64,000 nucleotides of DNA from Octopus bimaculoides (Eukaryota), in assembly GCF_001194135.2 (NCBI RefSeq), contig NC_068993.1, forward strand, positions 12,083,260-12,147,259, in the 5' to 3' direction. This document shows positions 1 to 12,094 of the stretch, in pieces. Each line of letters starts with the position of its first letter. Position 1 is the stretch's first letter. The position numbers were made by a program, and so were the translations under genes. Below the pieces are notes generated by a model. The model was not told the origin of the DNA and ran no database searches. It saw nothing but the letters and a program-made list of their open reading frames with translations.

Positions 1-130
1 ACATATCTGGTGCCAAGCTGTATCGGCCTTTGCCTTTCTTTTTATTCAACATATTCCCTTTTCAGATTCACACCCTAATTGCAGCAGTTCTTCAGTTTGC
101 CTAAGTCGCTAAATAGTATTTTCGGAAAGT
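1..130 (-). mobile_element. Possible decayed C-terminus of a mariner-type transposase
   Basis: The minus strand reads PKILFSDLGKLKNCCN*GVNLKG, then (frameshift) EYVE*. This resembles the mariner C-terminal pattern PKTFFSDGIKKLVxRWxKCVxxxGDYVE. The match is short and disrupted. Confidence 0.3.
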
Positions 131-2418
131 TGTGTTTCTAACAAAGCCTCTTGCTATAACCATAAAGGTGACGAATTTTTCAGCACCCACTTGTCTCTGT
201 ATATGTATATGCATGCAAACATACATACATATATTCATACATACATACATACACACTCACACACACAAGCACCCACATTTAGTATGTATGTATGTATGTA
301 GGTATGTATAAAATCTGAATGTAAGTAAATTTCTATGTAATATAGTATACCTGCTAAAGCAGCGCCCAAATTTCACTAGAACAGAAAATGGGCCGTTGTA
401 TAACGGTTTCTATGATGTTCCCTAAAGGATGTGATTATCAAAAATAAAAAAAAATAATAATAAAATAAAATAAATACATAAATAAAAATTATGATCATTG
501 ATCTACAAACAACAGCATCATTATCACTATCGCCAACAACGGCATTACGTAGCACACTTTCTAGTGATACCTGTTTAAACTGAATAGTTTCACGGCGCCT
601 TAGCGTCTTTAGATGCACAATGGCGAGATGTGAGATTCATTGTGTAGTATGTGATGTTTTCTTGAAGAGGTCCTTAGTGTCGCCATCTATAGTGTCTATG
701 TCTGTATCGTTCCAATCCTATACTAAAAAAAAAACATGATACAGTTGATTTTGAAACGAATATTAGTAGCATTTATATTGTCACTATTAAAAGAATTCAC
801 TTACGTTGTTTTTGACGAATTATTATTGCTATTTTTTGCTTATGTTGATGCTACTGCTGTTGCTGATGTTTCTACTCTAGTAAGGCTGTTGTTGTCGTTG
901 TTGTTGTTGTGTTTTAGTGCCTAAATACCTGTCCTGAAGTAGCTCTCGTTTTAACCCGTTACAATATTTGCTTTATGTTATGTTAGTTGGATTCGTTTTG
1001 TTTATTTTGTTACTGTTGCGAAAGAGAGGAGGGAAAGAGATTTGCATGCACGCACGCACACACACACACACACACGCAAACACACACGCACGCAAACACA
1101 CATACACACACACGCACACACCTCTCACACAAATAAATATATAATTGTGTGCGTGTGTGTGTGTGTATAGATTATATAGGCATACATATAAAAAATAAAG
1201 ATACATATATANNNNNNNNNNNNNNNNNNNNNNNNNNNNNNNNNNNNNNNNNNNNNNNNNNNNNNNNNNNNNNNNNNNNNNNNNNNNNNNNNNNNNNNNN
1301 NNNNNNNNNNNNNNNNNNNNNNNNNNNNNNNNNNNNNNNNNNNNNNNNNNNNNNNNNNNNNNNNNNNNNNNNNNNNNNNNNNNNNNNNNNNNNNNNNNNN
1401 NNNNNNNNNNNNNNNNNNNNNNNNNNNNNNNNNNNNNNNNNNNNNNNNNNNNNNNNNNNNNNNNNNNNNNNNNNNNNNNNNNNNNNNNNNNNNNNNNNNN
1501 NNNNNNNNNNNNNNNNNNNNNNNNNNNNNNNNNNNNNNNNNNNNNNNNNNNNNNNNNNTGTGCATATTTTCTATTCAGGAGTACACATACGGAAAAAAAT
1601 GTTGTTCTTTGTTATTTATTTATGGCGAGTAGGCAGAAATGCTCTCAGACCACGGTAACGATAATAGTAACGATGTGTGATGATAATGGTTCTTGTTATA
1701 GCTGAAGATAACAGCTTTCTTCGTTGGAGAGGAAAAAATACAATGCAAATTTCTTTCTATTGAAAATATTTGCACAAATAACTGTAATAATTTTTACGCC
1801 CACCGATAGGACAACGGCATTAACATATATAATGGCAATATAAAAAAAACGGAAAGGAATTGACGATATTAAATCTTAACAAGAAAATGTGAAAATGTTT
1901 GCAACAGCTGTGACAGGTATGTAGAATAGGAATACATAAGAATTGTATTATAATAGTAAAATATAGAAAACTCACGAGACATATCTGTGCAAAAATATTA
2001 GGGTTTTAAAATAATGAGCGAGTATACCGAACAAATATGGTCATGTGGGGGCTGTAAGTAAAAATAAGGCGAAAACTAATTTATCTCTGATTGATAGTAA
2101 TATCATTATCATTTCTGTGAATTGGGCGAAAGGGGAAGCATTTTGATATTTTACAGATAATAATGCTTCATATGCTATTTATTTATGTACCATGCGTAAT
2201 TGGTTACCTCTTTTGGATTAGTTAAATTGAAATATGATATTGAGAAGTAGGTGACGAAAAATATCACTAGAAAGGGAGAGATGATTATCCATGGAAGTAA
2301 TAAGGAAACTGTGTGCAGATATTAATCATTCGCACGGATAAATGTGAAGGAATAGTTAAGGAGCAACAAGTACTTTGGCCCGAATACATGTGTTGAATAT
2401 ATATACTCTTGCAAATAA

Positions 2419-2667
2419 AAGTCAGAAAAGAAGAGTTTGATGTTGGTTGTAGATGTAGATAGCACAACGACCTTTGAATGCAGTGTACACCAGAAGGTCT
2501 ACAAATCCAACTGAGGCCTGAAAATACATTTTAAGATCCACAAAGATCAGAACTTAACTGCAGTTCTTGGTGGTCCAAATCGGATGTGCAATCTGTGTGG
2601 GTGTTTTTTCAGAAGATTGACTGGTTTAAAAAGCTACATCCGATGCCAAGATGGTGCTAAGGTGCTA
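2419..2667 (+). pseudogene. Degenerate pair of C2H2 zinc fingers, probably the 3' end of an RTE-like LINE ORF (alternative: ZNF gene relic)
   Basis: One frame reads TFECSVHQKVYKSN*GLKIHFKIH...MCNLCGCFFRRLTGLKSYIRC. These are two finger-spaced units with an in-frame TGA and mutated ligands, ending in (TA)n. Confidence 0.55.
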
Positions 2668-3492
2668 TATATATATATATATATATATATAAATACACAC
2701 ACACATACACCCACACACCCACNNNNNNNNNNNNNNNNNNNNNNNNNNNNNNNNNNNNNNNNNNNNNNNNNNNNNNNNNNNNNNNNNNNNNNNNNNNNNN
2801 NNNNNNNNNNNNNNNNNNNNNNNNNNNNNNNNNNNNNNNNNNNNNNNNNNNNNNNNNNNNNNNNNNNNNNNNNNNNNNNNNNNNNNNNNNNNNNNNNNNN
2901 NNNNNNNNNNNNNNNNNNNNNNNNNNNNNNNNNNNNNNNNNNNNNNNNNNNNNNNNNNNNNNNNNNNNNNNNNNNNNNNNNNNNNNNNNNNNNNNNNNNN
3001 NNNNNNNNNNNNNNNNNNNNNNNNNNNNNNNNNNNNNNNNNNNNNNNNNNNNNNNNNNNNNNNNNNNNNNNNNNNNNNNNNNNNNNNNNNNNNNNNNNNN
3101 NNNNNNNNNNNNNNNNNNNNNNNNNNNNNNNNNNNNNNNNNNNNNNNNNNNNNNNNNNNNNNNNNNNNNNNNNNNNNNNNNNNNNNNNNNNNNNNNNNNN
3201 NNNNNNNNNNNNNNNNNNNNNNNNNNNNNNNNNNNNNNNNNNNNNNNNNNNNNNNNNNNNNNNNNNNNNNNNNNNNNNNNNNNNNNNNNNNNNNNNNNNN
3301 NNNNNNNNNNNNNNNNNNNNNNNNNNNNNNNNNNNNNNNNNNNNNNNNNNNNNNNNNNNNNNNNNNNNNNNNNNNNNNNNNNNNNNNNNNNNNNNNNNNN
3401 NNNNNNNNNNNNNNNNNNNNNNNNNNNNNNNNNNNNNNNNNNNNNNNNNNNNNNNNNNNNNNNNNNNNNNNNNNNNNNNNNNNNNNNNNNNN

Positions 3493-3560
<68 letters not shown>

Positions 3561-5834
3561 TGTTCCTTACGCATAGAATATTCCCAAAGTTTCATAAATT
3601 GAGGTTTGATACAATTATCACTTGATTAAACACTAGAAAAGAGAATTAATTATGCAGTATATCTTATAGTGTTTAGTAGTGGTATAAATTATGTATGTCA
3701 CCCATGACATTTATGCCTAATATGAGGACATATTAATGCTATAATTTTAATAATGGTATTAATCGTTTGGAATATTTCACTTACAGATGTTCCCATTGCA
3801 TTGAATCATATCACATGGACCATTAAATATCATTCCGAATTAACATATCAGTTATTTCCTGCCATAGATGGATAAAAGATTTTGCTCGGCAAATATGTAT
3901 ATAGATTTTTTTAATAATGTATTTTGGTTGCAAATATTTACAAAAACAAACAAACTAATTCATAGATTGTTTAACGAAACCAATATATTCCTATGTGTGT
4001 GTGACTATGTACGTGTATATATACGTGTGCGTACGTGCGTGTGTGTTTAGTGAGAGAGGTCAAAATATAGAGAAATTCATCAATAGATGTCTATGTATGA
4101 TAATAATTCAATTTTTATTTAAAGAAATAATGACAATATTAGCAAGCATTGAAATTCAATAGGAACGGTAAGCATGGCATATTTGCGACAGAAAAAAAGG
4201 AGATATTACTCAAAGTTTCATTCGCAGTTGTTTTACAATGTGAAGTATATATATATANNNNNNNNNNNNNNNNNNNNNNNNNNNNNNNNNNNNNNNNNNN
4301 NNNNNNNNNNNNNNNNNNNNNNNNNNNNNNNNNNNNNNNNNNNNNNNNNNNNNNNNNNNNNNNNNNNNNNNNNNNNNNNNNNNNNNNNNNNNNNNNNNNN
4401 NNNNNNNNNNNNNNNNNNNNNNNNNNNNNNNNNNNNNNNNNNNNNNNNNNNNNNNNNNNNNNNNNNNNNNNNNNNNNNNNNNNNNNNNNNNNNNNNNNNN
4501 NNNNNNNNNNNNNNNNNNNNNNNNNNNNNNNNNNNNNNNNNNNNNNNNNNNNNNNNNNNNNNNNNNNNNNNNNNNNNNNNNNNNNNNNNNNNNNNNNNNN
4601 NNNNNNNNNNNNNNNNNNNNNNNNNNNNNNNNNNNNNNNNNNNNNNNNNNNNNNNNNNNNNNNNNNNNNNNNNNNNNNNNNNNNNNNNNNNNNNNNNNNN
4701 NNNNNNNNNNNNNNNNNNNNNNNNNNNNNNNNNNNNNNNNNNNNNNNNNNNNNNNNNNNNNNNNNNNNNNNNNNNNNNNNNNNNNNNNNNNNNNNNNNNN
4801 NNNNNNNNNNNNNNNNNNNNNNNNNNNNNNNNNNNNNNNNNNNNNNNNNNNNNNNNNNNNNNNNNNNNNNNNNNNNNNNNNNNNNNNNNNNNNNNNNNNN
4901 NNNNNNNNNNNNNNNNNNNNNNNNNNNNNNNNNNNNNNNNNNNNNNNNNNNNNNNNNNNNNNNNNNNNNNNNNNNNNNNNNNNNNNTATTTTGTTTAAAA
5001 GAGTTCCAACACTGTCTGTTTTTTATGTTTTATTTATATTCCTGCAGAACCAATATGGGGTATAGAATATGGAATATATAATATATAATATGATATACAA
5101 TATATAATATAAAATAAAATAAAATAAAATAAAACTGGATGGCACCATGAAATAAAGTATTGAATGTAGATGAAATATTGAGTGTTCAATATAAAGGATC
5201 AAATATATAAATATAAATATAAATATAAATATAAATATAAATATATAAAGGCGACTCGAGTTTCAGGGCTATTTCCCTTTGTCATGGCCGGTATGACAGA
5301 ATATACATATATATACACATATAAATGCACATAGTCAAAAACCAGTAGCAAACCATAGCGAGAGTTCATTTTCCCGTGTTTCAATTTCGTATCTATCTTC
5401 GTAACTACATCTAGTTCGTCATCTCAAAATCTCGCATCTCTTTGAGAGACAAATACTCGATCCTCATCTCGCATCTTTTGTTGTGTTTAATCTGACTTCG
5501 CTACAAAATATTTATATATTTGCTGTTACTCCAGACACAATACCAGCTCTGGTTTACTACTGAACTATTCGCTTTCTTGGTGTTTCGTACTGGTACAAAA
5601 ATGACTTCCCTAACTTAAACCTGGTGGGCCTAATGACACATCACTCAACCATTGGTCAGTGATGTTCATATCTAAGAAAACAGTCAGGTAATAGCATTAC
5701 TGCCAATAGAATGCACTATTTATGAACGTCTCACCAGAGATTGTGTTTTCATTTCAGTATAGAAACTAATCATAAACCTAATATATTTAATAGTACACTC
5801 ACACACAGTACAATACAAACATTTGTTGACAGGC

Positions 5835-6012
5835 CGTAAAAAATATGTTAGGCAGCATGTAGTCCATCTTTCAGCTCTGAGTTCCAGTTCCGCCGATTTC
5901 GACATTGCGTTTCATGTTTTCCGTAACGATAAATTGCGTACCATTTGAATGCTGGGTTCGATGTGATCGACTATTTCCGTCATCGAATTTACTGGCCAAG
6001 TTCCAAAATTTA
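5835..6012 (+). mobile_element. Degenerate tRNA-headed SINE (family A)
   Basis: Diverged match to the family pattern seen elsewhere in the window: B-box-like GAGTTCCAGTTCC, then GCGTTTCAT...CGATAAATTGCGTACC...GGGTTCGATGTGATCGAC. Confidence 0.55.
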
Positions 6013-6285
6013 ATGTTCATCATTTTCTATTTTCTGATTCGTATAACAATGAAAGCGTTGAAATCTTCATTAAACGTCAATTAATTTCGAATCATTTTTC
6101 ATTTATACAATGTGTGCAACTGTAATTACAAGACATGACGGCGTGATCTCAGCAATAACAATCTGGTTAAAATTAGACGCTATGTATAAACAAACAAGGC
6201 AACAAAAAAAATCATTTTCTCTCTGTGGTTACAAACATCAACTATTTTCAGAATTTATTATCTCTCTGTGAAAAGGAATGTGTAA

Positions 6286-6330
6286 TAGATCTCTGATGAG
6301 AGATTAATAACTCCCGAAATGTGTCACAGC
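6286..6330 (+). ncRNA. Decayed minimal type I hammerhead ribozyme motif (Penelope-like pLTR type)
   Basis: CTGATGA at 6293-6299; stem II GAGA/TCCC (one mismatch); GAAA at 6316-6319; TGTG-TC. TGTG equals the usual CGCG palindrome after two CpG-to-TpG changes. Stem I pairs poorly. Confidence 0.5.
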
Positions 6331-6553
6331 AAAGCTTTCAATTAATAATGCCTATAACTTTCCAAGGCCAACTATATTATATCGAACGTGTCTAAATAAG
6401 CTCATTTGCAATTCATGAAACGTACAATACTGCTTTACTTTTTTTAATATGTATACCGTTATATTTATATATACGTACATACATACGTGCGTGCAAGTCA
6501 TTGTATGTACGTATACGTATTCACAAGCATACACACACACACACACACACACC

Positions 6554-6586
<33 letters not shown>

Positions 6587-6587
6587 G

Positions 6588-6653
<66 letters not shown>

Positions 6654-6689
6654 AACGCGTATACACACACAGACACACATATATATGCC

Positions 6690-6875
6690 TAGTTAATAAA
6701 ACAAAAAAGGAAAAAAGAGACAAAAAGAACACAACACCGCGTGGACTTGGTACATGCAAAGTATTAAAACGCCAAGAGAAGGGGAATAAAGAGAGGTTGT
6801 TTTACGTTTCTGGCAAAGCTCTTCTTCAGAAACAGGAGATATAAGAAAGTCCAAAAGAAATGGAAGGAAATAACT
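6690..6875 (-). mobile_element. Short hammerhead-bearing element, copy 1 (non-autonomous Penelope-like/retrozyme-like)
   Basis: Minus strand: TGTTT-CTGAAGA-A-GAGC-TTT-GCCA-GAAA-CGT-A-AAACA (6834 to 6798). The downstream AATAC...CCAAGTCCACGCG motif is shared with the copies at ~39.7 kb and ~49.0 kb. Flanked by TA-rich and (CATA)n repeats. Confidence 0.6.
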
Positions 6876-6978
6876 ACCAACAGTCCACGGATGCATACAT
6901 ACATACATACATACATACATACATACATACATACACACATACACACATACATACATACGTACATACATACATACATAC

Positions 6979-7104
6979 ATTATCCGAAGTGTACTGTATT
7001 ATATATCCATCACGGCCGATCTTATCAATCGGTTCGTCCCTGTGGGTACATCCACTTGTAATATCGGCAATGATGGATATATAACGCTGTACATTTCGGG
7101 TAAT
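6979..7104. mobile_element. Small foldback element / MITE-like hairpin
   Basis: Arms 6979-7028 and 7056-7104 are imperfect reverse complements (ATTA[T/C]CCGAA[G/A]TGTAC....TTATATATCCATCA..GCCGAT.TTA) around a 27-nt spacer. Confidence 0.65.
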
Positions 7105-9347
7105 ATACCTGCATATATATATNNNNNNNNNNNNNNNNNNNNNNNNNNNNNNNNNNNNNNNNNNNNNNNNNNNNNNNNNNNNNNNNNNNNNNNNNNNNNN
7201 NNNNNNNNNNNNNNNNNNNNNNNNNNNNNNNNNNNNNNNNNNNNNNNNNNNNNNNNNNNNNNNNNNNNNNNNNNNNNNNNNNNNNNNNNNNNNNNNNNNN
7301 NNNNNNNNNNNNNNNNNNNNNNNNNNNNNNNNNNNNNNNNNNNNNNNNNNNNNNNNNNNNNNNNNNNNNNNNNNNNNNNNNNNNNNNNNNNNNNNNNNNN
7401 NNNNNNNNNNNNNNNNNNNNNNNNNNNNNNNNNNNNNNNNNNNNNNNNNNNNNNNNNNNNNNNNNNNNNNNNNNNNNNNNNNNNNNNNNNNNNNNNNNNN
7501 NNNNNNNNNNNNNNNNNNNNNNNNNNNNNNNNNNNNNNNNNNNNNNNNNNNNNNNNNNNNNNNNNNNNNNNNNNNNNNNNNNNNNNNNNNNNNNNNNNNN
7601 NNNNNNNNNNNNNNNNNNNNNNNNNNNNNNNNNNNNNNNNNNNNNNNNNNNNNNNNNNNNNNNNNNNNNNNNNNNNNNNNNNNNNNNNNNNNNNNNNNNN
7701 NNNNNNNNNNNNNNNNNNNNNNNNNNNNNNNNNNNNNNNNNNNNNNNNNNNNNNNNNNNNNNNNNNNNNNNNNNNNNNNNNNNNNNNNNNNNNNNNNNNN
7801 NNNNNNNNNNNNNNNNNNNNNNNNNNNNNNNNNNNNNNNNNNNNNNNNNNNNNNNNNNNNNNNNNNNNNNNNNNNNNNNNNNNNNNNNNNNNNNNNNNNN
7901 NNNNNNNNNNNNNNNNNNNNNNNNNNNNNNNNNNNNNNNNNNNNNNNNNNNNNNNNNNNNNNNNNNNNNNNNNNNNNNNNNNNNNNNNNNNNNNNNNNNN
8001 NNNNNNNNNNNNAGGGAGACAGAGTGAGAGACAAAGGAAGAGAAAGAGTAATGGATAAATACATACATGACTAATAATTTTGCATATATTTATAACATGT
8101 TGGTAAATATATTCAAATAATTACATTAAGGCCGAAATTAGTACATTTCTGCTCATTTTTTGCTGATGTTTATGCTTCTGATCTTAGAACGTGTAAGTAG
8201 ATTATATTATTGAATAAAACGTAGATGTAGTGCTCATTTTAGAGTTCCTTCTAATTATAGTGAAACAGCATACGTCAGTGGTCATTAGTAACAAGTAATA
8301 AATTAGCCAGACTGTGCAATTAAATATTTATTACTTATTAGTTAGTCATTATCGATTAATTCGATACTAGTACAGGATTAGAGAGATCGAAGATAAAACT
8401 AAGATTAATAATGAAGCTGATCTTTGAGGATTTCTCTGACTATGTATGATTAATTTTATTTCAAAGGAAATTTTAAGTATTTTGTATTCATTAGGGAATA
8501 TACTGTGTATGGGGGAGTAAATGAACATGTTGCAGGCAGCATGTTTCTGTGTAAGTTATGAACATACATACATGCATACATACACACATACATACGTACA
8601 TACATACATACATACATACATACATACATACATACATACATACATGCATACATACGCACACACAACTCTTTCTCGTTTATTGCTGCAATAGCCGAGGAAC
8701 AGCTTCTAAAAGTGTTTACATCATGGTCTGTATATATCATTTTCTCTGCACATTCACTTACTTATCTTTCATTTCTTTGCGTCTCTCCTGATATTTCTAT
8801 TGAGTCAAAACTTCAGAATTAAATCGTGGTTCCTTTTTTCCTATTGTTTTTGGTGATTTCCTGCTGTTATTTATTTCGCTCCAGACGCGTTCGATAAGGT
8901 GTAAGACGTTCCTGAACATCACGAGGTACCGTATTTCTATAAGCTTACTCTCCATCTCATGCATCGTTCTTGAAATTATTAGTGTTTCGATGATCATTCG
9001 GGGTTTGAGAGAAGCAGCTTGACCTGGCGAGGGAAACAGTACGAATATTATCTATCAACATTTCGTTTCCTACCCAAAGAAGATTATCTCCCCTGTGTCT
9101 CTCAGAATCTCCTGAAGAGGTACTCCCTTTCATATTAACATCTAGAAACCAACTTTGGTATGCTAATGAAAATGCTAGAAGTTTGATTGTCTATATAGTA
9201 ATTGTTATTATTTGAAGACAAAAACGTTGACCTGGTTTTTAATTTACTTGTGCAAAAAGACATTACATTTTGACTCGAAACATATGTATTAATGTAGTAT
9301 TAATATAACTTTTACTAGATTTTGGTTGTTAAATTCAAAAGTTCTCA

Positions 9348-9447
9348 GGTTTATGATTGCTTTCGAGCACAAAACAAATACTTCTCTTACTGGATTCGAT
9401 TCAGGTCTAAGGTCATAGTCATTTTATTCTTTCCCCCAAAATATTCA
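9348..9447 (+). repeat. Dispersed ~100-bp repeat, copy 1 (copy 2 at 11995-12094); probably part of a non-autonomous element
   Basis: Both sites share AGGTTTATGATTGCTTTC.AGCA.AAAACA.ATA.TTCTCTTA.TGGATTCGAT.CAGG.CTAAGGTC...TTTCCCCCAAA. Confidence 0.7.
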
Positions 9448-10150
9448 GGCAGATTTTGAAAATATTCTTTGGAATCACCATTCATCCTCTGGACAAGAAA
9501 ATAGCTGAAATTTATTCTGGCATTTTTAGTGTCGACATTCATCTGTATTCTAACGTATGTGGTTTGTAAGCACATACAGATTTGCCTGTATGCAACAGGC
9601 AATAATTTGTTAGCGATTTTCGAACACTGGTGTAACTTCATTAATACCAGATAATTCGTTTAAAAATAGCAATCTTTTCGTAACTTTGGTTCTGAAAATT
9701 CTTTAGACTAGTCATATATTGTTATTTAATAATTAATTAGTTACTGTATCTCGGCTGGCTAGTTTTGTATGAATTCTAGTTGTGCATTTATCCTCGTAGA
9801 ATCTCCCAGCAGATGACATCTTATCTCTATTGTCATTTTGTCTCACATAGAAATAAAAAAATACAAGAAATTGAAACAAAAAGGGAAGAGGAAAAAAAAA
9901 AACAAAACACCGACAATGATTGATGAAAGTAAATGGAAAAAAAATATGTATATTATGGGCTGGGGGAAGAAGAAGAAGAAGCAAATCAATACGTATTGCA
10001 TCTGCAAATCTAATCACAAGTCCGGTTTTAGATGGAAGACAAACTGATCAACAAAATTATAGATTGCAGATCAAAAGGTGTTTTGGTGATAAGAGATAAT
10101 AGTAATTATGTTCATATAATGTAGCAAACAACTATCAACAACAATCAACA

Positions 10151-10178
10151 AATAATAATAATAATAATAATAATAATG

Positions 10179-10244
<66 letters not shown>

Positions 10245-10249
10245 TTAAT

Positions 10250-10332
<83 letters not shown>
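10151..10332. repeat. (TAA)n microsatellite
   Basis: Read directly; source of the poly-Ile and poly-Tyr ORFs. Confidence 0.98.
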
Positions 10333-10751
10333 TAAGAATAATCAGCGCGTATCATTAACGTTGTAACAATAACACACAACAGCAATATCACCACAACCAC
10401 CAAAAACAGAAACGCTTCCGACAAAGACGAGAATAACTCTTCTGTAATATGCAACTATATAACGATAGAATAATGGCGACAGAAATGAAAACACCATCAA
10501 TAGAAAAAAAACAACAAAAAAAAACAAAGAAAGAAGTCAAAAGAAATGAATGTCTAGAGTACTTACAATGAGGATGATGATGATGATGATGGTAGTGATG
10601 TGGTGATAATACTAATAATGATCGTAACAACAACAACAATAATTATTGCTGTTGTTTTTATTATTATTATTACATTTATTAATATTATAATTATGATTGT
10701 TGCGGTTACTACTGCTCCTGCTAATGTTGATATTATTTTATTGTTGCTGTT

Positions 10752-10752
10752 A

Positions 10753-10837
<85 letters not shown>
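10752..10837. repeat. (ATT)n microsatellite
   Basis: Read directly. Confidence 0.98.
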
Positions 10838-10839
<2 letters not shown>

Positions 10840-10972
10840 CAAGGGTGACGGATGAGGGGACGTTCCTGGAGCAGGTTAATACTGACAGGAGAATCAATAA
10901 GTCGAGTTCAGTATGCAGACTAAAAATATGTAAGAACAATTACAAAACGATAACATTTAAACAACACCAAGC

Positions 10973-11214
10973 AACAACAACAACAACAAGAAAATCATCA
11001 AGAACAGCAATGGTAACAAAATCAACAACAACAATAACAAAGTGGAAACACAATAACAATGACATCTGAAATAGCATTAACTTCAGCATCGACAACAACA
11101 ACAACAACAAGAAAATCATCAATAACAGCAATGGTAACAAAATCAACAACAACAACAACAAAGTGGAAAAACAATAACAATGACATCTGAAATAGCATTA
11201 ACTTCAGCATCGAC
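10973..11214 (+). repeat. Two-copy 121-bp tandem duplication
   Basis: AAGAAAATCATC starts at 10988 and 11109; GCATCGAC ends at 11093 and 11214; only a few substitutions. Confidence 0.95.
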
Positions 11215-11419
11215 AACAACAGCAACAACAACAACAACGTGATTGAGAACAAAACAAGAGTAGTTATAGTAATATGCCACAACAAATACAATATTTTTGA
11301 GAAGCATGAATAACAGCGTAAATAATAAATATAAAACAAAGATATAAAATAAACAGTGAAACAAATATCGATATCAGGAATTAGAACAAATAATGAAATG
11401 TGGAACGAAAATATCATTA

Positions 11420-11975
11420 TCGTCGTCGTCGTCGTCGTCGTTGTTGTTGTTGTTGTTGTTGTTGTTGTTCTTGTGGTAATCGTAGTCGTCGTCGTGTTCA
11501 TCGTGTTCATCATCATCAACATCATCATCAGAATACTAATGGGCATTGTATACGTCAATAGTTTTGTCTTTACTCCCCGCCGTCCTCTTCGTACTCGTGC
11601 CCCTCGTTTTCCTCGTCCTCCTCGTTTTCCTCCTCGTTTTGCTCCTCCTCCTCGTTTTCCTCCTCCTCGTTTTCCTCCTCCTCCTCGTCGTCCACCTTCT
11701 CCTCGTTGTCCACCTCCTCCTCCTCATCGTCGTCTACCTTCTCCTCGCTTTCCACCTCCTCGTCTTCCTCCTCCTCGTCTTTCTCCTCCTTGTCTTCCTC
11801 CACCTCGTCCTCCTCTTCTACCTCCTCCTCCTCCTCCTCCCACTTCTTATCGTCGTTATCATCGTCGCTGTAGAAGGTGCCGTTGTCATCATTATCATCT
11901 TTATCTTCCCCGTTGGCCTCGTTGTAGTCGTCGTCATAATCATCATTTTCATTATCATCATCATCATTGAGGTGG
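11420..11975. repeat. Compound/cryptic trinucleotide repeat (GTC/GTT/CCT/CAT mosaic)
   Basis: Low complexity. Gives Glu/Asp-rich, Pro/Arg-rich and Leu/Val-rich ORFs in several frames at once. Confidence 0.85.
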
Positions 11976-11994
11976 TCATCATCATCAACACCAT

Positions 11995-12094
11995 AGGTTT
12001 ATGATTGCTTTCAAGCAAAAAACAGATATTTCTCTTAATGGATTCGATCCAGGGCTAAGGTCGTAATCAGTTTATCCTTTCCCCCAAATGTTCA
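11995..12094 (+). repeat. Dispersed ~100-bp repeat, copy 2 (copy 1 at 9348-9447)
   Basis: Visual alignment with 9348-9447, same orientation. Confidence 0.7.

Noticed and set aside
9108-9165. CTGAAGA...GAAACCAACTTTGGTA, hammerhead-like with a good stem III
   Set aside because: Stems I and II do not pair.
11356-12018. Pro/Arg-rich 204-aa, Leu-rich 152-aa and acidic 77-aa ORFs
   Set aside because: Overlapping frames of the same cryptic trinucleotide repeat; no splice or homology support.
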